This document shows, piece after piece, positions 24,801 to 36,742 of a DNA stretch of 64,000 bases (positions within the stretch are counted from its first letter, which is position 1; every line of letters begins with the position of its first letter). The DNA lies in contig JAAOMT010000571.1 in assembly GCA_016748015.1 (NCBI GenBank), positions 871,095 to 935,094 of the forward strand. The letters are read 5' to 3'. Below the pieces are notes generated by a model. It was not told the origin of the DNA, made no database searches, and saw nothing but the letters and a program-made list of their open reading frames with translations. Position numbers and translations under genes: made by a program. This DNA is from Geosiphon pyriformis uo1 (lineage: Eukaryota; Fungi; Glomeromycota).

Positions 24801-26512
24801 GTGTTTTTAATAATTTTTTGGCAGATGTAGTTTGTATTTTTCTTGGGTGTGGTCTGTCTCTGGGTGGTCATGTGAACAATTCTTTCTATTTTCATGGTAG
24901 AACTCTCATGTCTTCTGTTCTTGGCAAGACTAATTATTTTAAGTTTTTTTTATCTTTTCAGAGATATAGTATTGCCTTTGTTGAACAACTCTGTGGTAAA
25001 AATAGAGCTGTTTTTAATTGGAAGACATTCAAGTATTAGAAAAGGCTAGACCCACATGGCCTTATCCCTAAGTGGTTTAGACTTTCTGTTAACTTTCTTA
25101 ATAGTGTTGCTTCTTCCTCTGTCTTTTTTTTTTCTGTGAGTATTGCTGAGCTTTTGGATATTTTAGAATCTAGTGAGTTTGAATTGATTTATGATTAGTT
25201 GCTGGGTCTTAAGACTGACTGCTTTTCTGTCTATATAGATAGATTTCTGAGGTGCTTGGGGAGTATTGACATGAGAGCTGGTACAGCAGTTTTTTTCAAG
25301 AACATAAGCTTGGGTTTGGAAGTCAGAGTATCTGGTTTAATGTCTTCTACTTTGGCTAAGTTGCAGGCCATCATATTGACTTTTAAGTGTGTTTTTCCTA
25401 ATAGCACAGTTAGTGTCTTTATGAACAGTCAGACTGCCTTGGATGCATGCAAACCAGAATTGGGTCTGGTTTATCCAGATTTTCAGAATCACTTTTGGGT
25501 TGAACATTAACACATTGTGAACATTATCAGAAAAAAAAATTTGAGTGTTAGCTGACATAAGATAAAAGATCATTCAGGTGTTATGGATAATGAATAGGCT
25601 GATGCATTTGCTGATGCAGCATTTCTCTCTTTCTGGTGTCTTATTTCTTGTGTAAAGGAATGTTGTATTTTAGCTAAAGATAATGTTATTTCTGGTAACT
25701 CTAAACATTTTGTTCATGGGATTTTTTGGTCCATTCTTCATGTGCACTGAAAGGTCAGTTCAGGTTCTAGAGTCTTAAATAATAGTCTGTGCTTGGATGT
25801 TAATTGGCTTAATTCATCATTGGTATGGCATCCAGACTTGCACATGACTACTGGCTTTACTAGTAAATCTACAACTGGCACTTGCACATATTTTATGAAA
25901 GCTTTACACTATCAACTGCTGGTTGCTGTTCAGAAGTGATTGTATGACAGATGCTATCCAAGTATACTGTGTCTATATTGTGGTGAGGTTGAGGTTTCTG
26001 ATCATGCTTTTTTTTGTGTGGTTGATGATTCTATTCATTGCTGCTTTTTGGATGCTCATACTACTGCTTGGAGTGCACTTTCTGGTCTTTTCATCTCTAC
26101 TTCAAGTGTTTGTCAATTATTGTCTTCTTGTATCTCAAATGTTATAGTTTGCACAGTTCTTTACAATAGTTTTGTTTTTAAAAAATGGCTTTATAAAGCT
26201 ATATCTGTCTTTGAAAATGCAAAATTAGCTGGTTAGAAAGTTGTAGAATTCATATATAACTTGTGTCTTGCTTTTAAGGACAAGGTTTGGTTGGTTTACA
26301 CTAAGCATCATGTCTATATAGAGAAGAGTAGAATAATACCACATAATAGTTCAGCTCCAGTTTTAGTTTTAGGGCTGTCTGTGGTGCTTTCTATGAGTGT
26401 TATTAGATTACTGAGTATTGCTGAGACATTTGGTGTTGGTTTTGAATTTTGCAAGTCTTGTTTGTTTTTTTCAGGTGTTGGAGATTTAGTCTCAGTACAT
26501 ATAGACACTTAG
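21824..26512 (+). pseudogene. LINE-2 ORF2 (APE-RT-RNase H-zinc knuckle)
   Basis: ETKL, LGGDFN, IDYI, LQDMQKAYNSV, GLDQEEV..IFYDPLL, YLGI, STLAKLQAI, CLYCGEVEVSDHAFFC. Confidence 0.92.
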
Positions 26513-29500
26513 TGTGGTTCTGATCAGCCTGAATGGCTGGTTGCATATAGAAAATGCATGATTTATGTCTAGTTTAGATCAGTTTACTTGATGTATTGTA
26601 TTAAGTAGTATTTGGATCTTACTTGTAAAAAAAAAAATAAAAAAAAAATTTCAGACTTAAACCAAAAACAATTTCTTTTATATTTTTTTATTTTAATTTT
26701 AATTTTTATTTTTTTTATATTATTAGGTAGTTTATAGTCAAAATTTTCTGTAAAAAAATTGATTTTTATAGTAAAATAATTATATATTATTAAAAAGCTT
26801 ATAATTAAAATTTCTTGTAAAAAAATTAACTTTTATTGCAAAATAATTGTATAAAATAATTGGTATAAAATTAATTATTCTATTATAAATTCAATAGCAA
26901 CAATAATCTAAAGTATAAAGAAATATTTTAAAGATAAATTAGCTTATTAAAAGTTTATTAATTTCTGTTAATAATAAAAATAACAGAAAAATAACATTAA
27001 TAATATTACAAAAAATAATTAAAATTTTTAATAATATTTAATGTTTTCTTAAAAATTTAAAACACTAAAAATACAATTGCTAAAAAATACAAAAATATCA
27101 ACAAAAACAAAATAATTAATGTTATTTTTTTTAATTATAACAATTTTATTATTTATTATTATTACTGTTACTTATTTACTATTTTTTAAAACTTTAAGCC
27201 AATTATTAATCTGTTTTATTATTAATATAATAACAATTATATTATTAACTATTTTTAATTTAAAGTTATTAACTATTAATAAAAAAATTAGTTTAATCTA
27301 ACTAATTTTTATTACAAAAATTGTTATTAATTAACAAATAACAGAAATAATTTTAATAATTAACTGGTTTTATAAAATAATAATTAGCAATAATTAAAAT
27401 ATTTTTACATTTAATTTAATTATTTTATAATATTTAAAGACCAGAATTTTCATTAAACTGTATTTTTTAAAAGTAAAATTATAACACAACAAAAATTTTT
27501 TAATAATATTACAATTTTATTAGCAAAAATAACTGAAAATACCAATTAATTTAATATTTTTTTTTCAAATTTAAAGTTAATAAATTATTATTTTTATTTA
27601 ATAATACAACTGTTTTAAAACAAAAAACAATTACAGTTATATATATAGAAACCAAAATTAAAAAAAATTAATTCAATTAATTTTAAATAATATATTTATT
27701 AAAAATATTATTACTTATTAGCTAATATAAAAACTTAAACAAATATTAACATTTTAGTCTAAACAATAATTATTATAACCAATAATATAAAAAAAACTTT
27801 AATAAAAAAATTATTAATTTTTTTTTTACAATTAATAAAATTATTATTTTAATTAAAGTTTTAATTATAAATATACTTTAATATTAAGTTTTTGTTAAAA
27901 ACAATTAATTTTTTAAAGCCAATATAAATTTGTATTAAAAAATACAAAAATTAAAAATTTTATATCAAAAATAATACATTAGAATATCTGTTATTTGTAA
28001 TATTTTTAACAATTAATTAAAAAAAGTTTCCATGTTTAAATTTAAAAAAAAATCTTTATTATTAAAACTATATAATACTTAATTTATAATTTAATTAAAC
28101 TAAAAAAACAAAACAAAATTTTTTAACATATTTAAAACATAATTAATAATTTTTTAAATTAAAACTTCAAACCAATATAGTAAAATAACATTAATAGTTA
28201 AATAAACTAGTAGTTAATATGTTTTTTACTTAAACTAAGAATCAGAAAAAAAAACAATTTATATTTTATTTAAATACAAAAATTATAACAAAAAATTTTT
28301 ATTTATAAAAACTTATATATTACCAAAAAAAAATATGAAAATTATATTTATTACTATTGTAAAATTTATTATTAAAAATAATTTGGTTATTCAAAATAAA
28401 AAAAATAAAAAAAAAACTTCTTTCTTTCTTACCTCCAAAAAATCCTCAAAAAGTGCATTTTCTGTGAAAAAAAGTTTTTTTGTTTCTTTTAGTCTATATC
28501 AATATTTTTTACCTAATAATAACCCAATTTTTCGTGGATATAGAGGCTACTGCTAGTAGCACTACATCTAAGAAGAAGGCTCCTAAGAGTGCTTTTTATG
28601 GTCCTGCTGGTGGTTCTTTTTCTCAGAAAAAGAAAGTTGTTCTTGGCAATGTCAAACACTCTGGTGATGAAAGAGATATATCCTTAAGCAGATCTGGATC
28701 TGGTAATAGTGTTTATTCTGATGTAAAAAGTTTCTCTGGTGAGGATGAAAATGTTAGCATGTCTGGTATGAATGGTGGATCTCTTTTGGGCTCTATTACT
28801 ACTACACCCAAGACAAAGTGAGTCAACACTGGTGCTGTTTTTGGTCCTCCACTCAGCTCTCCCAACTTTCATATGGATGATGATGAAGTTGTGCTCCCTT
28901 TTTACTTGCTTATCTTTTTTGACAAGAAGTGGATTAACCCAAAAATTATCAAGACTTTTGTGGAAGTATCAATTAAAAAATCATTTGTTTTGGATATTAA
29001 TCTTTCAACTGTAAAAGGTAAATTGGCTACTGCAAAAACTTAGTTAATCAGAAAAATTTTTTCATCAGTTAATAGTTTTGGGGGGGCCACTATCTTCTCA
29101 AAATTTGAAAAGATCATCTAATTTACCTTCACTTCAGAAAAGAGCATGGAAATAGCCACATTATTGGTTAGAGAAAAAGGAATCAATGTAAACAGCGATC
29201 TTAAGAAACAAAGAATGAGATCAGATTGGGCTGTGATAATCAAGAAAATTTCCATGAATATGCCTAAAAATATGATCATTACTGCAGTATCTGAATTTGG
29301 GGAAATTAAGTCGATCAAAATTCAATTAATTGGAATATGGCAAAAGGCTGTGATAGAGTTTGCTGAATTGGACCAAGCTAATTCATTGGCCTCAAAGTAG
29401 TTGTTCCTGATTGGTAAAAATTCTGTGCATGTAGCCAAAGCAGTAGGAGATTGTGAGATTTGGGTATCTAGGAATCAGTTTAGAGCACTTCTGTTTACTC

Positions 29501-29848
29501 TATCTGTGGGAACAACTGCTTATGATTTGGGCAATTTTTGGAAAAGACTGGTGAGAAAACATGCATTATAAACAGGTCCATGGAAACTGGTAATAGAATT
29601 TACTGTGCAGTGGTCAGTTTTGCCTCTGATAATAATCTAGAATCTGTTTTTCACATGGAGCTTATCTTCAATGGGGTGAAACTCTCTTGAGCTAGAATGG
29701 ATTTGGTTTATTGCAAGAAATGTGGGCATTTTGAACATTTAGCTCTTGAATGTGATACACCAGATGCAATCATGCTGCTGTCATCTAAGGAATTATACAA
29801 AAAAGATGCTTCAGAAGAACTTCATTTTTGGCTTGCTAAATTTTATGA

Positions 29849-30819
29849 TGTTACCAGTAGAATTTTAGCTATTAATTAGCATGAAATTACCCTTATAATT
29901 CCTATTATTAATTAGCATACATTATTATTAATTCGATTATTACTTATTATTTAATCAAATTATCAAATATTATTACTCAATTAATAATCCAATTTATACT
30001 CTAGAAATTAAAATGATCAAATTACACAATACTCTGAACCTTTTAACATAGTCAAAATTCGCTGAAATTAATGAAAATTTGCTGAAATAATCAATAGTTC
30101 AGTGAAATAACTTGTAAATTTGCTGAGATGTATCTTTAGTTCACCCAAATTGTAGCAAAAAGAAAAGTACAAGTTCAAAGACTAGTACTATAACAAGTTG
30201 TATAAAAGAAGAGCTTTTTTTTTCAAGGAAATGTATCTTCTCATAGTATTTTACTATAGTATTTTACTTTGGATATCTTAATTGAAACAAATCATCTTTT
30301 ATAAAATCAAATAAAAATTAAATATTCGAAAACCAAATTCTTAAATTATTATACTTGAAATTCTCTCAACACAATTAACATTTTGGAATTGATTAGCTAC
30401 CAATTTCAATAAACTGTTAGTAACTTCAGGCCTGAATAGAAAACGTTTCCCTTGATAAAATCCTATTTCTTTTATATTTTTTTTATTTTTCTTTTCTTTT
30501 TTTATTACAATTATTAGGGTAGCCTACAAACAAAATTCCTGTAGAAGAGTTGATTTTCATAGCAAAGTAACTACACATTTTTAGTAAGTTTCCAGATGAG
30601 CAATTCTTAGGAAAAAGTTGACATTTACTACAATGTAACTACATAAAGTAACTGGCAAGGAATCGGCATTCTACTTATAAGCCCAGCAGTTCAAATTATA
30701 GAAGATAATTTGAAGATAAATTCAGTTACCGGAGGTTCAACTACTTCTAAAAAATGTGAATTTGCAACCAATAGACATTTACAATATTCAAGAAAAGAGA
30801 CCAAGAACCTCCAATAACA
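29849..30819 (+). repeat. Solo LTR of Gypsy family B, without matching TSD
   Basis: TGTTACCAGTAG...CCAATAACA; homologous to the reverse complement of 61516-62528; flanks are ATGA and TTGT. Confidence 0.92.
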
Positions 30820-31197
30820 TTGTCTAACAGTCTTGAAAAGGTCTTTGGGGCTTTTGGCAGATCAGGTATCTGCCATTATGAAGAAGCTAAGTTTTGTGGA
30901 ATTGGTGCCTCTAGCATCCAAGTTATCCATCTCATCTTTGGTCGTTCCAGTGCTTTTGGACTCTGTTGTGAATTCAGATATGACTCTAGATGATACATTG
31001 GCATCTCCCGTTCTTCCTCTTTTAGTTGTTGCAGACACAGCTGCCAATCTTAGCTTGAGTAGTTCTAAGATTTTAACCACCAAGATGGGTGGATTGGAAT
31101 CTAAGTTGGTGGCTTTAAAAGTGTCAGTTGAGTCAGTTTTGAAGAAATTGGATTGATTGTGTTCTGGTTTGGGTTTGTCAGCTCCTATTATCTCTCA

Positions 31198-34100
31198 ATA
31201 AGTAATTTGGTCTAGAAATTCACTATGTATAATGTTAGGAGTTTGAACAATTTGGCTAAACAGGATGATGCTATTAGATAGTATAAAGATTCTTACAATT
31301 TGGTTTCTGTTTTTACTGAGACTAAACTTAAAGGTCACATTGGATCATGGATTAAAAATAGGTTTTCTGGTTTGAAAGTTTTTAGCTCTGGAATGAATTC
31401 TGAACATTGTGGGTCAGGGGTTGCAATTGTTTTGAATGATGATTTTGCTTGTCATGTATGCAAAATTTCAGAGGTTTCTGGACACTTCATTTTTGTTTGT
31501 TTTCTTTTTGCTGGCAAAGCTTCTGTTATGATTATGGATCTGTATGCTGGTGCTTTAGCTGGTGTATGGTTTGAGCAGGCTTTTGCTGTCAATGCTCTTA
31601 TTGCATCAGCAATTAGCTCTAGCTTTTATGTTTTTTTTGGTGGTAATTTTAATAAAGATGGAGCTGGGCATAGTGCAAGTTTCAAAAAATGCTTGGATTT
31701 GGGATTGCACAATGTACTTTCAACAAGTCCCATATCTAAGTCTCCTACATAGTGCAATTCCAGAGGAGTGAAGAAAACTATCAACTTCATTTTTGTAAGT
31801 AATCATCTCTTATCAGCTGTGTTTGGTGGATGCATTGGTGGAGTTTCTGATCATTTTAATACTGATTACTTGGCTGTGTTAATTTCAGTGGGGCTGGGTG
31901 GTCTTTTAGACAAGCAGTTAAATATATTGCACAAGCTTGCAAACACAGACTGTTGGAAGTTTGATTTTAAGAACTCAAATGCTGCTAAATGGAAATGTTT
32001 TGATAATTGTGCTGCTGCTGAGATGTTGCTTTTGAGTGATGATTTCACTGCTGCTAAGGATTGTGGTAACTTGAACTCTATGTGAGAACTTTTGGAAAAA
32101 GTGTTAATAAAGTCAGCAAACTCCATTTTTTCTAAATATTGGTACAGTATCTTTGACTGTTCTAGGAACAAACATTCTTCTAGATTCTACAGGCTTGAAT
32201 TGTTGATTGCCAAGATAGTCAAAACTCTGAGTGTGAGTGACTCTCTAAGATTTGTCCGTCTTGTTAAAATTTGGTCAGTTTTGAATGATGCGGAGTCCTC
32301 CAAAATTTCTGGTTTACTTAATACATGTAGCAATTCTGTGGAGGTTTTCAAACAATTGTCAGTTGCTAGGAAACATTATCATAAGGCTAAGTATGTTAAA
32401 TCTGAGCTGGCTAAGAATGCTTTTATTAACAAGACAATTGGTAAATGCATGGATGACTTTGTTTTAGGGAAGGATAATATAATCAGTAGTATTCTAGAAC
32501 ATTCCTTTCACAAAGTTGTTCTTGATTACTTGGTTTTGGATAAAGACTTAATTCTGAAACTGGCTGAAGTAAAGGCCAAAGTTGATAATATCATGGTTAA
32601 TTGGACTAGGAAACGCAAAGTACTTAAATCAGTACCTGATTTGTGGTTCCATCAGTATGCTCCTTTAGAATATGTGGTTAATGATGCTTTTTCTGGTGTA
32701 ATGAATGAAATCAGGTTGGGTGAATTATGCATGGTTGTAAAAAATTTGCTAAATGGCAAAGCTGCTGGTTTCTCAGGTGTCTTGAATAAACTTTGGAAGC
32801 ATAGTGGTGATTTGGTATTAAGTTGTCTTCTGGACTTGTTGAATTCTTGTCTTGTGCATGACAATGTTCCAGCTTTGTGGAAATGTGCCTGGATCTCTAT
32901 GATCCCTAAATCATATGAATAAGAAGAATGCCTTACTAATATGTGGCCAATTGCTTTAATAGAAACTGCTTATAAAATTTTGTCAAAGATTTTGTCTGAC
33001 CATATATCTGTGGCTTGTAGTACATTTAATGTCCTCAGAGGTGACAATTTCTTAGTTTTAAGAGGTACTCAGTCATCTGTGTTTGTTATTAGATCAATTA
33101 TAGAAAATGTTTTAGAAAAGAGTAAGGAACTTTGGCTGATATTGCAAGACATATAGAAGACTTATGACTCTGTGAGATGGTTTTATCTGAGGTCTAGTTT
33201 GAGACACATTAAAATATGCAACAGATTTATTAAGTTTTTTGAGAATATCCATTTGAACAGAACCAACAGAGTTATAACAGATTTTGGTCTCTCTGATAGT
33301 TATAAGGTGTTGGATAGACTTGACCAAAGTGAAATGTTTTCTTCACTTCTTTGGAGAATCTTTTATGATCCCCTTTTGTGCAAAATCAAAAAACAAGAAC
33401 ACTTGTGTGGATACAAAATTAATTCAAGATTTGTTGTTAGGTCAGACAGAGTAGAATCACAGACTGAGATGACATTTTTCTTTGCTGCTGGGGCTTTTGT
33501 GAATGACACAATTTGGATGAGCAGTAGTCAAGCTGCCATCTAATGTATTTTGGACATTGCAAGCAAGTTTTTTGCTCTTAATGATATTTTTATAAACACA
33601 AAAAAAACTGTTGCCATTTTTTTCAATCAAAGGATAAAGAACATTTCTTTGACTATTAGTGGCACACCAATTGCAGTGGCCAAAAAAGGTGAATCTTATC
33701 AATATTTGGGCATTTTTTTATCAACAGAAGGGCTTTCAAAGCTGAGTTTGTTGAAGGCGCATTCAGATGTGCACTTCTTCTCAAGTGTGGTTTTGTGCAA
33801 AGCTATATTTGATAAACAATTCTGTTATCTGGTGTTGTCAGTCCTGCAACCTATTATTAGCTATAGGATTCAGTTTAATTTCATTCCTAATGCTATTTGC
33901 TCTAGATGGAATGCTATTATAAGGAGGAGCTTAAAATTTAAGATGCATCTCCTTCATAATTTTCTTACAACTACATTGTCACATCTTTCATTTTATGGCA
34001 TCAAAACATTTGTCCAGGTACAGTCTAAGAGTAAGTTGTCTTCCATCATTAATTTTGTAAATGCTCCAGATATTTTAGAACAGCTTTTTATTCATTGGAG

Positions 34101-35877
34101 TTTGGATTTGCAAGTTGCCAGCTGGTCACCTGTTTATCTGTTGTGCTGTTCTATCAGATTGTGGATCAATCCTAGGGATAATTTTTTAGCTGGAATAGTG
34201 AAAATTTTATTGTTCTGTGGACTGTTTTTTTCTACTCTGCCAACAGCTTTTTGTCACTCTGTTGGAACACCAATCTCTAAAGTTCTTGGTAATAGTGTAT
34301 TTTTTGGGGTGGCCCATTTACTAATGCATTATGGAGTCACATTCACAGATCAACTGATAAACAAAAAGAGTGAGTGCTTTAATTGGAAATGCTTTAAGTG
34401 TTAGAAGTGGTTGGATCTGCGTGGCCCTGTTCCAGCTTGGTTTGACTTGGCTGTTCACTTTTTGGGTGCTCATTTGCTAGCTGCTGATGTTAGGCTGTGT
34501 ATATCTGTTGACCATCCAGTGAATTCTATTGTCACCAGCACAATCAGTGAGGCTAAAACTATTCTTTTGAATTCTGGTCTGGTTTCATTTAATGTGTTCA
34601 CAGACAGTTTTGTGAAACATTTTGGTTTTTGTTCTGTTGTTGTCAGGGCTGCTGTATTCTTTCAAAAGTTTGGTCTTGGTGTTGGTATGAAAGTTCAGGG
34701 TGTTATGTTATTTACTTTAGTAGAACTCAAAGCCATTGCTCTTGCACTTGTCTGTGTCTCTTTAGGTAGCAGTGTTTTTATCTACTCTGATAGCCAGGCT
34801 GCTCTTTCTGCTTGTGAAGATAAATTGCTTTTGGCTCATCCAGATTTCAGAAAAAAGCTATGGATAGAGCATAGGCAGATTGTCAACTTTATTAGGAAGA
34901 AGTTATTTGCTGTGTCATAGCTCAAAATCAAAGACCATTCTGGCATCCTGGGAAACAAGTGTGCTGATGAGATTGCCTTGGATGCCTGCTGGTGCAATGC
35001 CTTATTTTCTACTTATGTTGATGAGCTTTTTTTAAAATCAGATGATCTGGTGTTATCTTGCAACATTTGACATTACATTAGGAACTTTTTTAGAACATTA
35101 TATCGAACAAATTGGGAAAATGAGTTTGGATTCAAAATCAGTGATACTTGTAATATTAATTCAGTGAATTGAAAGAAAACTTTCACAGTCTGGCACCCTG
35201 ATAGTCACATGGCTTCTGGCTACACAAGCTGTCAGTCAGTAGCTTTGAGGTTATATTTTATAAAGTTATTGCATGGCTGTTTGCCTGTAGCAGTCCACAA
35301 GCGTGTGTACTATAATTTTTACCCTAATGTCAAGTGTCTGTTTTGTAGTATGGTTGACACATCTGATTATTCTTTCATGTGCTCTTCTAATATGTTGGCT
35401 CACAATGAGATCTTGTCTGAATTTTGTGTGAGGTAGTTATTACTGCTTAATGTCATTGTCTTTTCTTTTATGATAATACAGAATCTATCTTTTTGTGCGA
35501 GTAATGTAGGATTTTATTCTATGTTGGCTAAAGACTTCGTGCTGAGTGGCTGGTATTATGAGGCTTTGAATGCTCTTGGTTGCTCTGTTGTGGCTGGTGT
35601 GATGGTGATTGATTTTGTTAAGAATCTGGTCTCATCACACAGATCTGTGATATGGTGTGGAAGATCTAATCACTGATTATCTATGGAAAGGGCAGGACAA
35701 ATAGTTGCCGATGGCAATATGTCATATTTAGTAGATGATATTAGAGATAGATTGAGTATTGGAGTTGTCAGATTGCTTAGTATAGATGAGACCAAAGGAG
35801 TATATTCTGGTCTGTATACTAGTTATCAGATTTTTTTGGGTATGGGAGGTATGATATCAGTGGTGGCTAATTTATAG
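31198..35877 (+). pseudogene. LINE-3 ORF2 (APE-RT-RNase H-zinc knuckle)
   Basis: TETKL, GGNFN, WRIFYDPLL, GAFVNDTIW, VFTDS, ELKAIALAL, YSDSQ, CLFC. Confidence 0.9.
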
Positions 35878-36667
35878 TGTAGCCTGGACTGGCCTGAGTG
35901 GTTGGTCACATGTTGTAAGTGTGTAAATTGCATTTGGCTTTGTGATGTATATATATCACATGTTTTCTAGATAGTGATTGGGCCATACTTATTAAACCAA
36001 AATAAAAAAAAAAAAAATAAAACAAAAAATAAAACAAAAAATAATGTTTTATTTGTAGATAATTGTTACTAAAAAATATAATTGAATTAACATTTTAATA
36101 AAAAAAATTTATGATAAAATCTGTTAATATATTTTACTTATTTCTAAAAAATAAAAAGAAAATAATTTTATCTAAGTAATATATAATAATATTTTTGATA
36201 AATTCTATTATTACTTTTACAATATTAAAATAATTTACAAAGTAGCAATAATTTTAATCAATAAAAAAATTCAAAAAAATGTTTAACAAATAAAAAAAGC
36301 TAAATATATTAAATATACTTTAAAATATATTAAATTTAATTATAAATAAAGTTAAATTTTATTATCTAATATTTAATTATGTCTATTCTTTTAAAAAAAT
36401 CTAAACTTAATTAAAACAAATAAATATTTAGTTGTATAAAAAATATATTATGTTTTATGATGACCAATAATATTTAAAATATTATGTTCTTAATATATTA
36501 TTACTTATTATAAAAAATAAATATAAATTCAAATTTAAAAAAAACCAAATAAAGTTGTATTAATTACTTTAATTTATTTTATTAAAAACCAATCTATATT
36601 ATAACTTAAATATTTTAACAACAATAAACAAAAAATTAAATCTAAAAAAGTCCACAAAATTAATATT

Positions 36668-36742
36668 ATATATATATTACATGTTTTCTAGATAGTGATT
36701 GGGCCACACTCATTAAATCAAAATAAAAAAATATATATATTA
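36668..36742 (+). mobile_element. ~60-bp 5'-truncated LINE 3'-end stub inserted in the ghost dUTPase
   Basis: CATGTTTTCTAGATAGTGATTGGGCCACACTCATTAAA is near-identical to the LINE-3 3' end; A tail; flanking ATATATATATTA repeats. Confidence 0.85.

Larger units (their letters stand above)
19841..26646 (+). mobile_element. Full-length LINE-2
   Basis: 5' UTR, ORF1, ORF2, 3' UTR, poly(A). 13-bp TSD AATTT(T/C)AGACTTA at 19828-19840 and 26647-26659. Confidence 0.93.
28417..36017 (+). mobile_element. LINE-3, full length apart from a solo-LTR-associated deletion in ORF1
   Basis: 5' end matches LINE-2 (CTTACCTCC..GCATTTTCT). ORF1 ~28534-31201, ORF2 31198-35877, 3' UTR and poly(A). A-rich TSD is ambiguous. 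Confidence 0.9.

Noticed and set aside
26513-26626. Hammerhead or HDV ribozyme in LINE UTRs
   Set aside because: No CTGAnGA/GAAA core or HDV topology identifiable by eye; only the hairpin/pseudoknot candidate is supported.
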